Below are positions 50,641 through 64,000 of a stretch of DNA of 64,000 nucleotides, piece after piece. Origin of the DNA: Lama guanicoe (Eukaryota); assembly GCA_013239625.1 (NCBI GenBank), contig MU056050.1:1412084-1476083 (forward strand). Direction: 5' to 3'. Position 1 is the stretch's first letter; every line of letters begins with the position of its first letter. Under the pieces are notes generated by a model. That model ran no database searches. It saw only the letters and a program-made list of their open reading frames with translations, and was not told where the DNA came from. A program made the translations under genes and the position numbers.

Positions 50641-52293
50641 CTTTTCTGAAAAAAAAAAAGCCACCTCTCTTAGACTTTGCATATAGGCTTTAGGGATAGT
50701 CTGTACTTGGTGGTGAACAAATGGAAATTTTCAAAAAAATTCCCATTCTTCTCAAAAGTTCATAGTAATTGTCAGTGTTCTCAGGCAAGTTTTCAAAACT
50801 GGCTGGCTTGAAAAAATGGTACACAGGGAAATGATATCAACCTAAACCCTAAATAAGTATATAGAGAAAGGCATAAATGATAGGAATACACATATACATA
50901 CACATATATTCATCTTATATCTTGGGTGGATTCTATTCATTATTTATTATACGGCATCGTTGAAGTTACTCACATTGCTTTACAGAATGTACATCTATAT
51001 GCATATAAGCCATGAACAATTCTAGTACCTATATCAGAATACAGTGATTTCATTTATTTTGTACAATAATAATATGGTACAGGCTAAAGGTTATATAGCC
51101 TGGTCATGATGCTAAACATGAAGGACAAGCATGTCACATGTCTATTAATCTGGGTCAAATATTTGAAATGAGGACAGCAAGTAACAGAAGAAGATGATTG
51201 ACAAATAGGTCTCTAGGTGATGTCAGAGTCTGGGGATAAAGAATTAATGCAACAGGGAAGGGTCCTCTGGTGTTTGCTGGAGAATTTTATACTGTAGTTA
51301 CTCTTGTAACTGTCAGTTTCTGTGGGTATTTAAATCAAAGCAATTGTAGCCTACATTTATCATCATTCCTATGCAGTCTGATGTAATTAATTTTAAAGAA
51401 TTGATTACCTCTGGGTTGCTATGGGCTATGATCTATTTTTTTTTATGAACATGGCTGTGAAATTCAAAATCACAGGAAAATGACTCAAGGGAAACAAGCA
51501 GACCAATCATTTCTAACCCATTCCCATCGTACTTATCACAAAGGGACGATATTATTACTAGAGCTATTTAATACAGTGGATAAAGTTCATGTGTGCTTTT
51601 TGTAACACCTTTGATACCATTATAAGTACATGTTATTTACTAAATTGGACAGAAATATCATTTATGAAATAAGACAACTGAACTAATCCTAAAAAAAAAG
51701 TTCTCAGTTGGATTTGGAATATGAACAATTTGCTGGAATTAGAACATTTATTTTAAAAATGATTCAAAAAGATCACTTCAGGTTCAATCCAAAAATTCTG
51801 TTCAGAAATTCAACTAAATGACAAGTTGATTGGTCACTGGGGATTTCCAATCAAATAGCTCACATCTTCCCCTCAGGGAATCTGCTCCAAATGTATCTGT
51901 TTCCTCTGATAAGTGTGTTTCTCATCACATGAAAACCCCATGGTTATCTATTAGCATAAAATTCACCATGGGAGCTCTTACAGGATGCAGCAGGCAAAAT
52001 GAGTAGATTTAACCTGACTTTGCAATTTGGGGTGTTTTTTTCCAGCTATCTTCAGCATTGAGACATATCTTTTCACATTATTTCAACTGCTTAACCTCCC
52101 TATAGAAAACCTTTCAAATTCTCCTTCCAAATAGGATGTATCTAGCTCTTGATTGTCCTACATGTGAGAGGACAGAATCTAGATAATGCCAGAGACATCC
52201 ATACAGAAATCGCAAATCTCTCATATTACACAGCATAGCACACAATTCTATGACACCTCTCTGCCCCTTTAGGAGATGCCTCTGCTGATGGGA

Positions 52294-52845
52294 TATGGTG
52301 GTTTTCTACTGTGTCAACCTAGCTAAACTTGAACCCTATATAGTTCTGGATTTGAGTTTACCATAGAGTAATTTGGACAAAATTTAGAAGGTAGGAGTGG
52401 GTCACCTAGTTGGCGTGGGGCAACAACAGGTCCCACAGCTCTTCAGTGTCCATCAGATCTCCACCTTGAACTTCTCCAAATCCTGATCCAAGCATGTATG
52501 CAGCTCCATGGCAAGGATATCAACTCATACTTCAAGTCACCTGTGTTGTTGAGGACAGTGGTGATAGGGACAAGCATGGATTTCAGTTTGTCCTTGTGAA
52601 TTCAAATTTGTTCTCATAGATTCAAATTTGTTCATACGCTCTCATTTTTGACATCCAGCCTTTTCCCCCAACTGTTGGCCCTGCTGATTATAGCAACTTT
52701 AGACATACCACCAGATACAGGGCAAGAGCCTTCCATAGACATTTGTGTAAGTTTTTAGGATTGCATAAGAACTAACTTCTATAGTAAATCCCTTATTTTG
52801 TAACTCTTAGTGATTCTGTGTCTCTGATTGAAACCTAACACACTG
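52294..52845 (+). mobile_element. Solo MLT2F-like ERVL LTR
   Basis: Starts TATGGTGGTTTTCTACTGTGTCAACCTAGCTAAACTTGAAC; ends TAAATCCCTTATT..AGTGATTCTGTGTCTCTGATTGAAACCTAAC. Confidence 0.7.
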
Positions 52846-55800
52846 TGTTACACATAAGATACATTGTCCTTAATGTAAGCAGATGCTACCACAATCCCTA
52901 TTATGACTGCTTTTCTGGGCAATTTTAAATAAGATTATAACATGTTTGGTAGACTAGAAATTAATGTGTGAGTGATAGTTTCCAAATACTAATTCTATAA
53001 GAAATATAAGCTACTGCTCTTCCATTTACTGGCTAGGCCATTTGGCATTCTTTTAAATGAAGATCTTACTATTTCGTAGCCCAGGGCAATGCTTTGACCT
53101 TTTCAATATTCCATAATTAGATTGGCTGCAATTCAACGTTGCCTCCTGTTTACAGCCTAAGCAGCCTCTGGGAAAGGGGCAGAGTGGCCAGCTGTTCAAA
53201 GTGGAAAATATTCTAAAGGTCAAATAAATAGAGCATTTCAACTGTCTATTCTACTGAAATGTATTCACTTTTTTCAGGGAAATCTAAAGAAACAGAAAAT
53301 ATACTCTCCATAAAACAAAGCTGAAAAGCATGACATTTTGCTATTTCATTTAAGAAATTTCTCAACTGACCTAGATAGATGTCCGGGTCCTCAGACAAAG
53401 GGAGGTATGCTTCTCAAACTACTTTGGTTTGTGTTTTTCTTAGGTCACTCTTCTTCCCACTCACAGCACACCTCTCTCTATTTATTACTGCAAAAATAAG
53501 ATATCTCAACAAAATTTAAAGAAAAATCTTATGTTTCCCTCTAGTAAGACAAATGAAAAATAAATAAAAATTAAAAAAAAGACAAATGAAGTGATGTCTA
53601 GTTTTTAACAGATAGAGTCATATTTCAAGAAATGCAAATGTTAACAACAGGATTGTTCTGGTTATAGAATTTGTGGGTTTAACCATAATTTTTTTATGCT
53701 TCACTCTTTGTTTCCCAATTATTTAAACAAATTTTCCTCATAGTGAGTAGATTCTAATGAATATCATTGAGTGCTGCCTTGATAATTGGGTCATTTTAAT
53801 ATCAACAGTAATTTTCTAGGATTCGATTTGGGGAATTCACTTTTGGAGTGAATTCCTGAAAGAACTACTAACCTCAGAGTATAATTTGAAAGCTTTTGTT
53901 GTTGTTTCTCTGTATTCTTTGTTTTTAACTCAGCCAAATAATAAGAAAACAAGTTTATAACAGGGACATTTTTCTCTCTCTAGTAATTATCCAAAAGCCC
54001 TTTGATAATATTCTGGTTGGCTTGATAATTGAGGTTTAATGTATTAGAGGTAAATATAGTTACTGTTGCATAAACTTGAAAACCAAAAATATATTTTGGT
54101 GTATATGAAAAACTCTTCAAGAGATAATAAAAGGGCTGTTTAATCAGCTGTGGCATTGCCTATTTTACTGAATGGAGCTTTTAAATTACATTAAATTTTT
54201 TTGTAAGATTAATATTTTTCCAGGATTAAAATTGGCCTTTGTGTTAATGTGTACTATGGAAAACAGGGTTATTTCTGAGAAGAAATTGGGTACTTTGCCA
54301 AGCTGCCTTCAGGGAGGAGCTCTTATCTGATCTACCTCAGGAAATAGTCCTTAGAGAGGCCTGATAACTGTAACTTGAGAAAAGATGTGGGAAGGGAGTG
54401 GGAGAAGATTCACATTCTCTCTGAGGCCTGGAGTGGTGTAGAGAAGCTAAAGGCATGATGCTGCAGTGTTACACAATCATGCTCCCTGAGGGGACCCTGA
54501 TTGATGTCATGTCAAGAGCTCCAAGTTAAATAACTTTCACCAGGGTTACTAGTTTGGGAGAGTAGAGTAGAACAACCTGGAGAAGCCCTGCAAAAAGCCT
54601 GCTATTACAGTTACAGATGCTCCAGGGAAACATGGACATAAAAAACTTTACTGCTGGAGAAACATCATCAGGCGTGCCAGGAGTCATGCACACAAGGGAG
54701 AACCACTGTGACTTTGTCTAGAAGCGGGCCTGCTCTGAGACGAACAGGCGTATAAATCTTAGTGATATTGTCCAGAAGTCACCAGTCCTGGGCTTTTGTG
54801 GCCATTCACCAAGGGTAAAGATTGTCATTGAGATAGTCCAAGTCTTCTAAGATCAACAGGATCAGAGAAAGATTTGATAAGCTTTTCCTAGTATGGAAAT
54901 GATAGCAATTGATGACTATTGTGTTTCTAGACAAGTTATAAAATAAGAAAGAGCAGATACCAATAAGTGAGCCCTTATGAACTCTTCACCCATAGAGAAG
55001 TAGCATCCATTGGCTTGCTTGAAATACTAGATTTCTTTTCTATCCCTTTATGACACTCCAATGTTAAGCAAAGATTGCTGAGCATAATCTTTTATTGGGA
55101 ACATAAGCAGTAATCTTACCAAGGACACAAATTTCCTTTCAAATGTGATAGAAATGCTGTTGAGATTAAGCAATTCCAGACTATAGCCTAATTCCCATAG
55201 TGAACTATTGGGAAGATTTAATGCAACCCTGAAGGGAATAATTAAGAATTATGTGAATAATCATGCTAATAATTTAGATGAGAAGTTTTATCACTTCTGT
55301 CATTTACATATAGAGAGATCTCACAGGAATTATTTCATGTGTTACAATTCAGAAGTATACATGGTAGGAAAGAGGGGAGTCCTTTTAACTCAATAACTAG
55401 ATTATCCATAATAGAACAATATACTAAATTGAAGAGTCAGACATATAATTATATATAGCATGTGTATTTTATATATAATTTTAAGGTATATTATTTTAAG
55501 TATCAACTTGTTAATCATATAGGGCTTATTATAGTCATATGATTCATATAACCTCATAGATATGACTTGACTTACTAAACTATCCTCTGTAATTTATATA
55601 CAATGATTTAAAGTTTTTAAGTTTCATACATACTGACTGAAATTGATGCTATATGTTTATCTATAAAAAGATGCACAATCATATATATAGCTTTATTTGT
55701 ATGTGTGTATATATATGGTTTACATATACTATACTGTACTATTAATTTTGATATCAAATTTCAACTTGTTTCCAGATGCTAGAATTTAGTTAGGGAGACT

Positions 55801-56269
55801 TCTCACTATTGGACAAATGCAAACAAAACTGAAGATTCAAAAACAATTGAAACATATTTTTATATATTGAAAATGGCTGTAGAAGTGAGTAAGTAGAAGA
55901 TAAGAAACATGCAAAAAGACTACAATTCACTAGAAGGAAGGGAAAGTTTCAGAGTATAATATGCCAATAATACAACAAGTTAAACATCAAAGACCAATGA
56001 AATAATGTGCCTTTTGGAGGAAAACAAAAGAATGGAAATTTAGTAGCAAACTAAAGGTCATAAATTTATAAAATACATTCATAAAACAATAATAATTAAA
56101 ACTGTTGAAAGGGAGAAGGGTGATATCTCTGCCCCAATATAAAGGTAAGCTGAAGATTACTGGAGAGGTCTACCTATGATTTCAAACTAGCTAGATGAAA
56201 AGTCTTGTGCAGTTTCTCTTGAGTAAGTCACCAGAGAAATCCCAAATAGCATATGTGAATTAAGCTAAA

Positions 56270-56455
56270 TTCATTCTTCTTAAATATTAATAAACATAAG
56301 AATTACCTGGGGATTTTTTAAAATATATAATTATTGACCTCTACCATTGTAGGTGCTGAGTCAGTGGGTCTTTTATAGAGCCCAGGATTAACTTTTTAAT
56401 AAAACTCTCGACTAATCCCTAATGGAGGGATTCCAGCTACAAAATTACAGACACT
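56270..56455. mobile_element. MER5A-like MITE remnant
   Basis: CATAAGAATTACCTGGGGATTTTTTAAA..CTGAGTCAGTGGGTCT..GAGCCCAGGA..TTTTTAATAA. Confidence 0.55.
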
Positions 56456-57024
56456 CTAGAAAGTCTAGTTCTAGATTCACAAGATCAGATGGCTGGAGAA
56501 ACTCAAAATTAATGGACAAATTAAATCACTGACATTCTTGCTTATCTCCTAGGAGGATAATTCCTGAAATAAAGGAGGCAGTCTCAGTCCAGTAGTACTG
56601 TTTTCAGCAAATATTTTTCATTTTGATGTAGTCCAATTTATATACACTTTATAACATGTAGGAAAGAGTTATGTCTGTGCTAAGAGAGATCATAGATGTA
56701 CTTCACTGAAGACCATGTAGAACCAATTTGGCTGTCCAGATAGAGGGGATGATAATCCAAGTATGGCACCAGTTTTTTAAATAAATGGAAATGTTTTAGA
56801 CTAAATGATAATAGCAGTGAGAAAGTAAAATAAGGAATCAAACTTCTCAGAATTTTTAATCTCCCTGGATCTTATTTCTAAATTGAAGACATATTAAATC
56901 CTGTCTGTACAACAGATCATTAAAATTCATAACAATGCTTGATGTGTATCTTATGACCAAAATTAATGCACTATTTGATCTTAGGGACTACCAAAATTAT
57001 TTCAACTACAGATTATAGTGATTA

Positions 57025-58548
57025 TTTTTTAAAAGCCTTATTGAGATATAATTCACATACCATAAAATGTATTCATTTAAATTGTACAAGTCAATATTTT
57101 TAAGTATATATACAGAGTTGTACAACCCTTATCATATCTAACTTTAGAACACTCTCATCACCCCAAAGAGAGACACCATGTACACTAGCAACTATTCCCC
57201 ATTCTACCCCCATCCCTCTCAGCCTGAGGCAAACAGTAATCTATTTAATGCCTCTATAGAATTATCTATTCATTCTATTTTATATAAATGGAATCATACA
57301 ATATTGGTCTTCTGTGACTCATTTCTTTCATAAGGCAAATTGTTTTCAAGGTTCATCCACATTATAACATGTATCAGTACTTCATTAATTTTTTATTGAC
57401 AAAGAATAACCCATTAATAACTCATTATATGATTATATCACATTTTAGATGGTTTTCACATTTTCGATATTATGAATAATAGTGCTGTAAATATCTGCAT
57501 ATAAGGTTTTGTACAGATGTGTTTTCATATACCAAGGAGTTAAATTCCTGGGTTATATGACTGCATCTTTTTATAGTTCCACTAGCAATTTATGAGGGTT
57601 CCAATTCCTTCACATCTCAACTGACGCTAGTGTGTGTTTCATTGTAACCATCCTAGTGAATGTGAATAGGTACCCCATTATGGTTTTGATTTGCATTTTT
57701 ATAATGATTAGTGATACTAAGTATCTTTTCATGCTCTTATTGGCCATTTCTGTCTCCTCTTTGGAGAACTATCAGATCATTTGCCCTTTATAAAATTAGG
57801 CTATTTATCTTTTCATTATTGAGTTGTAAGCATTTTGTATATATTCTGGATAGAAGTCTTTTACTAGATTTGAAAATATTTTTCCCATTCAGTGACTTGT
57901 ATTTTCATTTTCTTGATGGTATTATTTATAGCACAATTGTTTTTCACTTGTTATCATCTAATTAAGCTATTTTTCTGGCTTTTGTGACATATTTAAGAAA
58001 TTATTGACTAACCCAAGATCATGAAGATTTACTCCTATGTTTTCTTCTATGAGTTTTATAGTTTTAGCATTCACGTCTACTTCTATAATCCATTGTGTTA
58101 ATTTTATGGTGTGAGGAAAGACACCAACTTCATTCTTTAGTATGTGGATATCCAGTTTTCCTGGTACTGTTTGTTAAAAAGAATATTATTCCTCCTTTGA
58201 AATATTATGACACCCTATTGAAAACAACTGACATTGAATGTAAGGGTTTATTTCTGGACTCTCAACTCTGTGACATTGATCGACATATCTACACTTATAC
58301 TAGGCCACGCTCCCTTGATTATTCTGTATTTATAACAAGTTTTGAAATTAGGAAGTGTGAGTCTCCAAAATGTTCTGTTTTTTTTTCTTTTTGATCTTTT
58401 TAAAGATATGTAGACTAATGTGGGTCTCTTGAGTTTCAATATGAATTTTAAATTAGTATGTCAATTTCTACCCCCTACCCCAATAAAACAGTGGTGTTTT
58501 CATAGGAATTGTGTTAAATATGTAGGTCAATTTGAGGGAGTACTGTCA
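57025..58548 (-). mobile_element. Old L1MB-like 3' portion (3'UTR and ORF2 C-terminal region), interrupted at 58549 by a younger L1
   Basis: TTATTGAGATATAATTCACATACCATAAAAT 3' end; ORF 58248..58439 RLTLPNFKTCYKYRIIKGAW resembles L1 GLTLPDFKTYYKATVIKTAW. Confidence 0.9.
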
Positions 58549-61500
58549 TTTTTTATTGAAGTGTACTTGTTTTACAATATTTAGGTTCAGGTGTGCAGCA
58601 AAGTGATTCAGTTATATATATATTCTTCCAAATTATTTTCCATTATAGGTTATTATAAGATATTGAATATAATTCCCTATGCTATCCTTCTTGCTTATCT
58701 ATTTTATGGATAATCGTTCATATCTGTTAATCCCATACTCCTAATTTATCCCTCCTACCCTCCCTTACACCTGTGGTAACCAGAAGTTTGTTTTCTATGC
58801 CTGTGAGCCTGTACCTGTTTTGTGTATAAATTTATTTGTATTATTAATTAGATTTCATGTATAAGTGATATCATATGAAATTTGTCTTTCTCTGACTTAC
58901 TTCACTTAAGTTTAATATTCTTAAACTTAGTGAAGTAAGTTCACTTCTCTTAGTGAAGTAAGTTCACTTCTCTAGGTCCGTCTATATTGCTGCAAATGAA
59001 AATATTCCTATCTTTTTTATGACAAATAATATTTCATGGTATATACCACATCTTAAGTCAGTCATCTGTTGATGGGCACTTGGGTTGTTTCCATGCCTTT
59101 GCTATTGTAAATAGTGCTGCTATGAATATTGAGGTGCATGTACCTTTTCAAATTAGAGTTTTCAGTTCTTCCAGATATATACCCAGGAGTGGGATTGCTG
59201 GATCATATGGTAGCTCTTTTAGTTTTTCAAGGAAACCCCATTCAGTTTTCCATAGTGGCTGCACCAACTTGCATTCTCACCAACAGTGTAGGAGTGTTCC
59301 TTTTCTCCACACCCTCTCCAGCATTTATTATTGACTTTTTAATGATGGCCATTCTGACAAATGTGAGGTGATAACTCACTGTGGTTTTGATTTGCATTTC
59401 TCTGATAATTAGTGATGTTGAGCATCTTTTCATGTGCCTGTTAGCCATCTGGATGTCTTTTTTGGAGAATATCTATTTAGGTCTTCTGCCCATTTTTTGA
59501 TTGGGTTGTTTGTTTTTTCTGATATTTAGCTATATGAGCTGTTTGTTTTATATTTTGGATATTAAGCCCTTGTCAGTTGTGCCATTTGCAAATATTTTCT
59601 CCTTTTCCATAGGTTGTCTTTTTATTTGGTTGATGGTTACTTTTGCTGTGCAAAAGCTTTTAAGTTTGATTGTCACCTTTGTTTACTTTTGCTTTTATTT
59701 CTTTTTCCCTCAGAGATGGACCTAAGAAAATACTGCTATAATTTTTATCAGGGTGTGTTTTGCCTATGTTCTCTTCTAGGAGGTTTACTGTATCCATTCT
59801 TATTTAGGCCTTTAAACCACTTTAAGTTTATTTTTGTATACGGTGTGAGGGAGTGTTCTGATTTCATTGTTTTACATATAGCTGTCCAGCTTTCCCAACA
59901 CCGCTATCTTTTATCCATTATATATTCTTGCCTCCTTTGTTGAAGATTAACTGACTGTAGGTGGGTGGGCTTATTTCTGGGTTTTCTATTCTATTCCATT
60001 GATCTGTATGTCTCTTTTTCTGCCAATACCACACTGTTTTGATTACTGTAGTTTTGTAGTATAGTTTGAAGTCTGAAAGAGTTATGCCTCCAGCCTTGTT
60101 TTCCCTCAGGATTGCTTTGGCAATTCTAGGTATTTTTGTGGTTCCATCTAAATTTTAGAATTATTTGTTCTCGTTCTGTGAACACAAGTATGTTGATAGG
60201 GATTGCGTTAAATCTGTAGATTGCTTTGGATAGTGTGGCGGTTTTAACAATATTAACTCTTTCAATCCAAGAGCATGAGATATCTTTCCATTTCTTTGAA
60301 TCATATTCAGTTTCCTTTGTCAGGGTTTTATAGTTTTCAGTATACAGGTCTTTGACCTCCTTGGTTAAGTTTATTCCTAGGTATCTCGTTTTTTTGGACA
60401 CAATTTTAAATGGGATTTTTTAAAACTTATTCTTTCTGATAGTTCATTGTTAGTGTAAAGAAATACAATAAATTTCTGTATATTAATTTTGTATTCTACT
60501 ATCTTGCTGAATTCATTTTTTAGTTCTAATATTTTTTGTGTGGAGCCTTCAGGGTTCTCAGTATAGAGTATCATATCATCTGCAAATAGTGACAATTTTA
60601 CTTCTTCCCTTCCAATTTGGATATCTTTTATTTCTTTTTCTAGTCTTATTTCTGTGCCTAGGACTTCCAATACTGTGTTGAATAGAAGTGGTGAGAGTGG
60701 ACATCCTTGTCTTGTTCCTGAATTTAGCAGGAAGGCTTTAAGTGAGGTTATTATTAATGGCTTTATTATGTTGAGCTATGTCCTCTGTATACCCACTTTG
60801 GTGAGAGGTTTTATCATGAATTGGTGTTGAATTTTATCGAATGCTTATTCTGTGTCTATTGAGATAATCATGTGGTTTTTATCTTTCCTTTTGTTAATGT
60901 GGTGTGTCACATTGATTTGTGAATGCTGAACCATCCTTGTATCCCTGGAATAAATACAACTGATCATGGTGTATGATCCTTTTTATGTATTATTGGATTC
61001 AAATTGCTAATGTCTTGTTGAGTATTTTTGCATCTATGTTCATCAAAGATATTGATCTGTAATTTTCTTTTTTGTAGCAACTTTGTCTGGTTTTGGTATG
61101 AGGGTAATGGTGGCTTCACAGAATGAATTTGGGAGTTTTCCCTCCTCTTCAGTATTTTGAAATACTTTGAAAAGTATAGGTAAAAGTTATTTGTATGCTT
61201 GGTAGAATTCCTCAGTGAAGCCATTTGGTCCTGGACTTTTGTTTGGAGAGAGTTGTTAAAATTACTGATTCTATTTCACTTGTAGTGATTTCATCTGTTG
61301 CAACTATGTGTTTCTTCTTGATTCAGTTTTGACCAGCTGTATTTTTCTAAAAATGTATCCATTTCTTCCAGGTTGTCCAATTTGTTGGCACATAACTATT
61401 CACAGTATTTTCTTGTAATTTTTTATATCTTTGTTGTATTAGTTATTTCTCCTCTTTCATTTCTTATTTTGATGATTTGTGTCTTTTGTCTTTTCCTCTT

Positions 61501-64000
61501 GGTGAGCCTGGCTAGAGGTTTGTTGATTTTGTTTATCTTAAAAAAAAATAGCTCTTGGTTTTATTGATCTTTCCATTGTTTTTGATCTCTATTTTATTTA
61601 TTGCCTCTTTGATCTTTATTATTTCCTTCCTTCTGCTTACTTTGGGTTTTGTTTGTTCTTTTTCTAATTCTTTTAGGTGGTGGGGTAGGTTTGAGATTTT
61701 TTCTTGTTTCTTACGGAAGGCATGTATCTCTATGAACGTCCCTCTTAGAACTGCTTTTGCTGCATCCCATAGATTTTGTAAGGTTGTATTTTCAGTTTCA
61801 TTTTTCTTGAGGTATTTTCTGATTTCATCATTGACCTATTGGAGTTTTAGTAGCATGTTCTTCAGTCTCCATGTGTTCATTCTTTTCCCATTTTTTTCCT
61901 TTGATTGGTTTCAAGCTTCATACCACTGTGGTCTGAAAATATACTTGAAATAATTTCAATCCTCTTAAACTGGTAGAGGCTACTTTTGTTACCTAATATG
62001 TGATCTATCCTAGAGAACATTCCATGCATGCTTGAAAAGAATGTGTGTTTTGTTTTGTGGATATAGTGTCCTATAGGTATCAATTAAGTCCAACTGGTCT
62101 ATTATGATGTCATTTAGAATCTCTATTTCCTTAATGATTTTCTGAATGGATGATCTGTTTATTGATGTTAGTGGGGTGCTAAAGTCTACTATTACTGTAT
62201 TCCTGTCAATTTCTCCCTTTAAATCTGTTAGTATTTGTTTTATATATTTAGGTGCTCCTATATTGGGTACATATATGTCAATGAGTATAATATCCTCCTC
62301 TTGTACTGATCCTCTTATCATTACATAATGCTCTTCTTTGTCTTTCTTTATAGTCTTTGTTTTAAAGTCTATTTTGTCTGGTATGAGTATTGCTACTCCC
62401 ACTTTCTTGGTATTTCTATTTGTGTGAAATATCTTTTCCATCCCTTCACTGTCTTCCTGTGTCTTTTGCCCTAAAGTGGGTCTCTTGTAGGCAGTATATT
62501 GTAGGTTCTTTTTTTTTTTAAACCCAGTTGGCCTCTGTCTTTTGATCAGAGCATTTAGTCCACTGACACTTAAAGTAATTGTTGATAGGTATGTACTTAT
62601 TGCCATTTTAAACCTTGTTTTCCAATTGATTTTGTATTTCTTCTTTGTTCCTTTCTTCTTTTTGTTTTTCCTTTTGTGGTTTTCTTTTGTATTATGCTTG
62701 AGTTCTCTTCTTTTTGGTTTTTGTGACTCTATTCTATTTTTTTGATTTGTGGATACTCTGGTTTTCAAGTATATTAACTATATCTACTTGCTTTTGAGTG
62801 ATAGTCAGTCATATAAGTAAGTTCAAACACACTCTAAAAGATCTACATTTTACTCCCCTCCCTTACATTTTGTGTTTTTGATGTCTTATTTTACATCTTC
62901 ATGTTTATCCTTTTGCTGTTAATTATAGTTATAATCACTTTTATAAATCTTTATTGTTTTTTCATCTATGTACTAGCTTATTTAAGTGATCTTCAATTCT
63001 ATTATATATTTGCTTTTCCTATTGTGATTTACTCCTTTCCTATAGATTCTTGCTTCTGTTTATGTACAACTCTGCAACATATCTTTTAGACTAGATTTAA
63101 TAATCCTTTAGTTTTCGCTTATCTGAGAAATTCTTTGTCTCTCTTTCTATTCTAAATGATGATCTTGCTGTGTGGAGTATCCTAGGGTTGCCAGGATTTT
63201 CCCCTTTATGGCTTTGAATATGTCATGCCACTTCCTTTTGCCCTGCAAAGTTTTTGCAAAGAAATCAGCTGATAGCGTTATGGGGATTCCCTTGTAAATG
63301 ACTTTTTGTTTTTCTCTTGCTGCCTTTAGAATTCTCTCTTTGACCTTTGTCTTTTTAATTATGATAAATCTTGGTGTGGCTCTGTTTGGCTTCATCTTGT
63401 ATGGGACCCTAACCTGGCTATCTGTTTCCTTCTTCAGGTTTGTAAAATTTTCAGCCACAATTTATTCAAATAACTTTTCAATTCTCTTCTTTCTCTCGTT
63501 TTCTGGAATGCCTATAAAGAGAATGTTGGCCCACATAATGTTATCCCAGGGATCTCATAAATTGCATCTATTTTTATTTTTCATTTCCTTCTTTCTTCTG
63601 ACTGACTGGGTGGTTTCCATTATTCTATCTTCCAGATCACTTATGTGTTCTGCCTCACTTAGTCTGCTACTCATTCCTTCTAATTTTTTTATCTCTGATA
63701 TTATCACTTTTGATTGTGTCTTTTTAATATTTTCTAGTTCCTTGTTAAAATGATCAGTTAGATCAATTATTTTACCTAATTCCATTAACACTTTTATTAC
63801 TGATCTTTTGAATACTTCATCTGATAAGTTATTTCTCTTTCATTATTTTCCCAGGTGCTTTTCTTGTTCCAATTGAGAGTATTTTCTCTGCCTCTATGAA
63901 TTTAGTTGAAACAGTTCCCTATTTTGATCTTGAAGGGATATTTTTATGTGGGAGCATCCCTAGGCAGACTATGTATGCCCAATGCTGTTGGTGAGAGGGC
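58549..64000 (-). mobile_element. Younger artiodactyl-type L1, near full length (ORF1, inter-ORF, ORF2, 3'UTR), frameshifted; 5'UTR runs off the window
   Basis: ORF1 MAENFTNLKKE..VIYKGIPITLSADF; endonuclease KKVGVAILIPDKIDFKTK..IYVPNIGAPKYIKQIL and [34 protein letters not shown]-terminal [19 protein letters not shown]; 3' end TTTTTATTGAAGT at 58549. Confidence 0.96.

Noticed and set aside
51470..51660. Possible CR1/L3 RT relic (NTVDKVHVCF/CNTFDTI resembling VDVIYLDFSKAFDTV)
   Set aside because: Needs a frameshift and the similarity is too weak to call without an HMM search.
53832..53856. Perfect 10-bp inverted repeat GGAATTCACT-N5-AGTGAATTCC
   Set aside because: About one such repeat is expected by chance in 64 kb; no supporting context.
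59080..63791. L1 ORFs as functional CDS
   Set aside because: ORF1 and ORF2 are split into many frames by stops and frameshifts; the plus-strand ORFs are antisense L1.

Overview
AT-rich, repeat-dense mammalian DNA, either intronic or intergenic. I recognised no host protein-coding exon. A tRNA-Ala-derived Vic-1-like SINE and artiodactyl-type L1 ends, with no Alu, Bov-A/BovB, PRE-1, ERE or Can-SINE, suggest a camelid. Main elements are a 5'-truncated ERV-L provirus with its MLT2 3' LTR (6.2-11.5 kb, minus strand), a two-LTR MLT1A MaLR (21.2-23.3 kb), several nested and decayed L1s (including one carrying ORF1+ORF2 at 58.5-64 kb), and many L2, MIR and MER relics. The recognisable ORFs are transposon remnants; the rest look like chance. 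Most notable: (1) a retrocopy of the 5' half of tRNA-Gly(CCC), ending at the anticodon and flanked by a perfect 19-bp target-site duplication (TSD) inside the ERV-L; (2) a 3'-truncated, tailless 5S rRNA retrocopy with the same junction pattern; (3) a minus-strand recursive-splice-like site and a nearby small exon candidate; (4) four AAGGTCA half-sites in 157 bp; (5) a fold-back plus tandem-duplication scar in an L1. Repeat subfamily names come from my recollection of consensus sequences, and most repeat boundaries are approximate.
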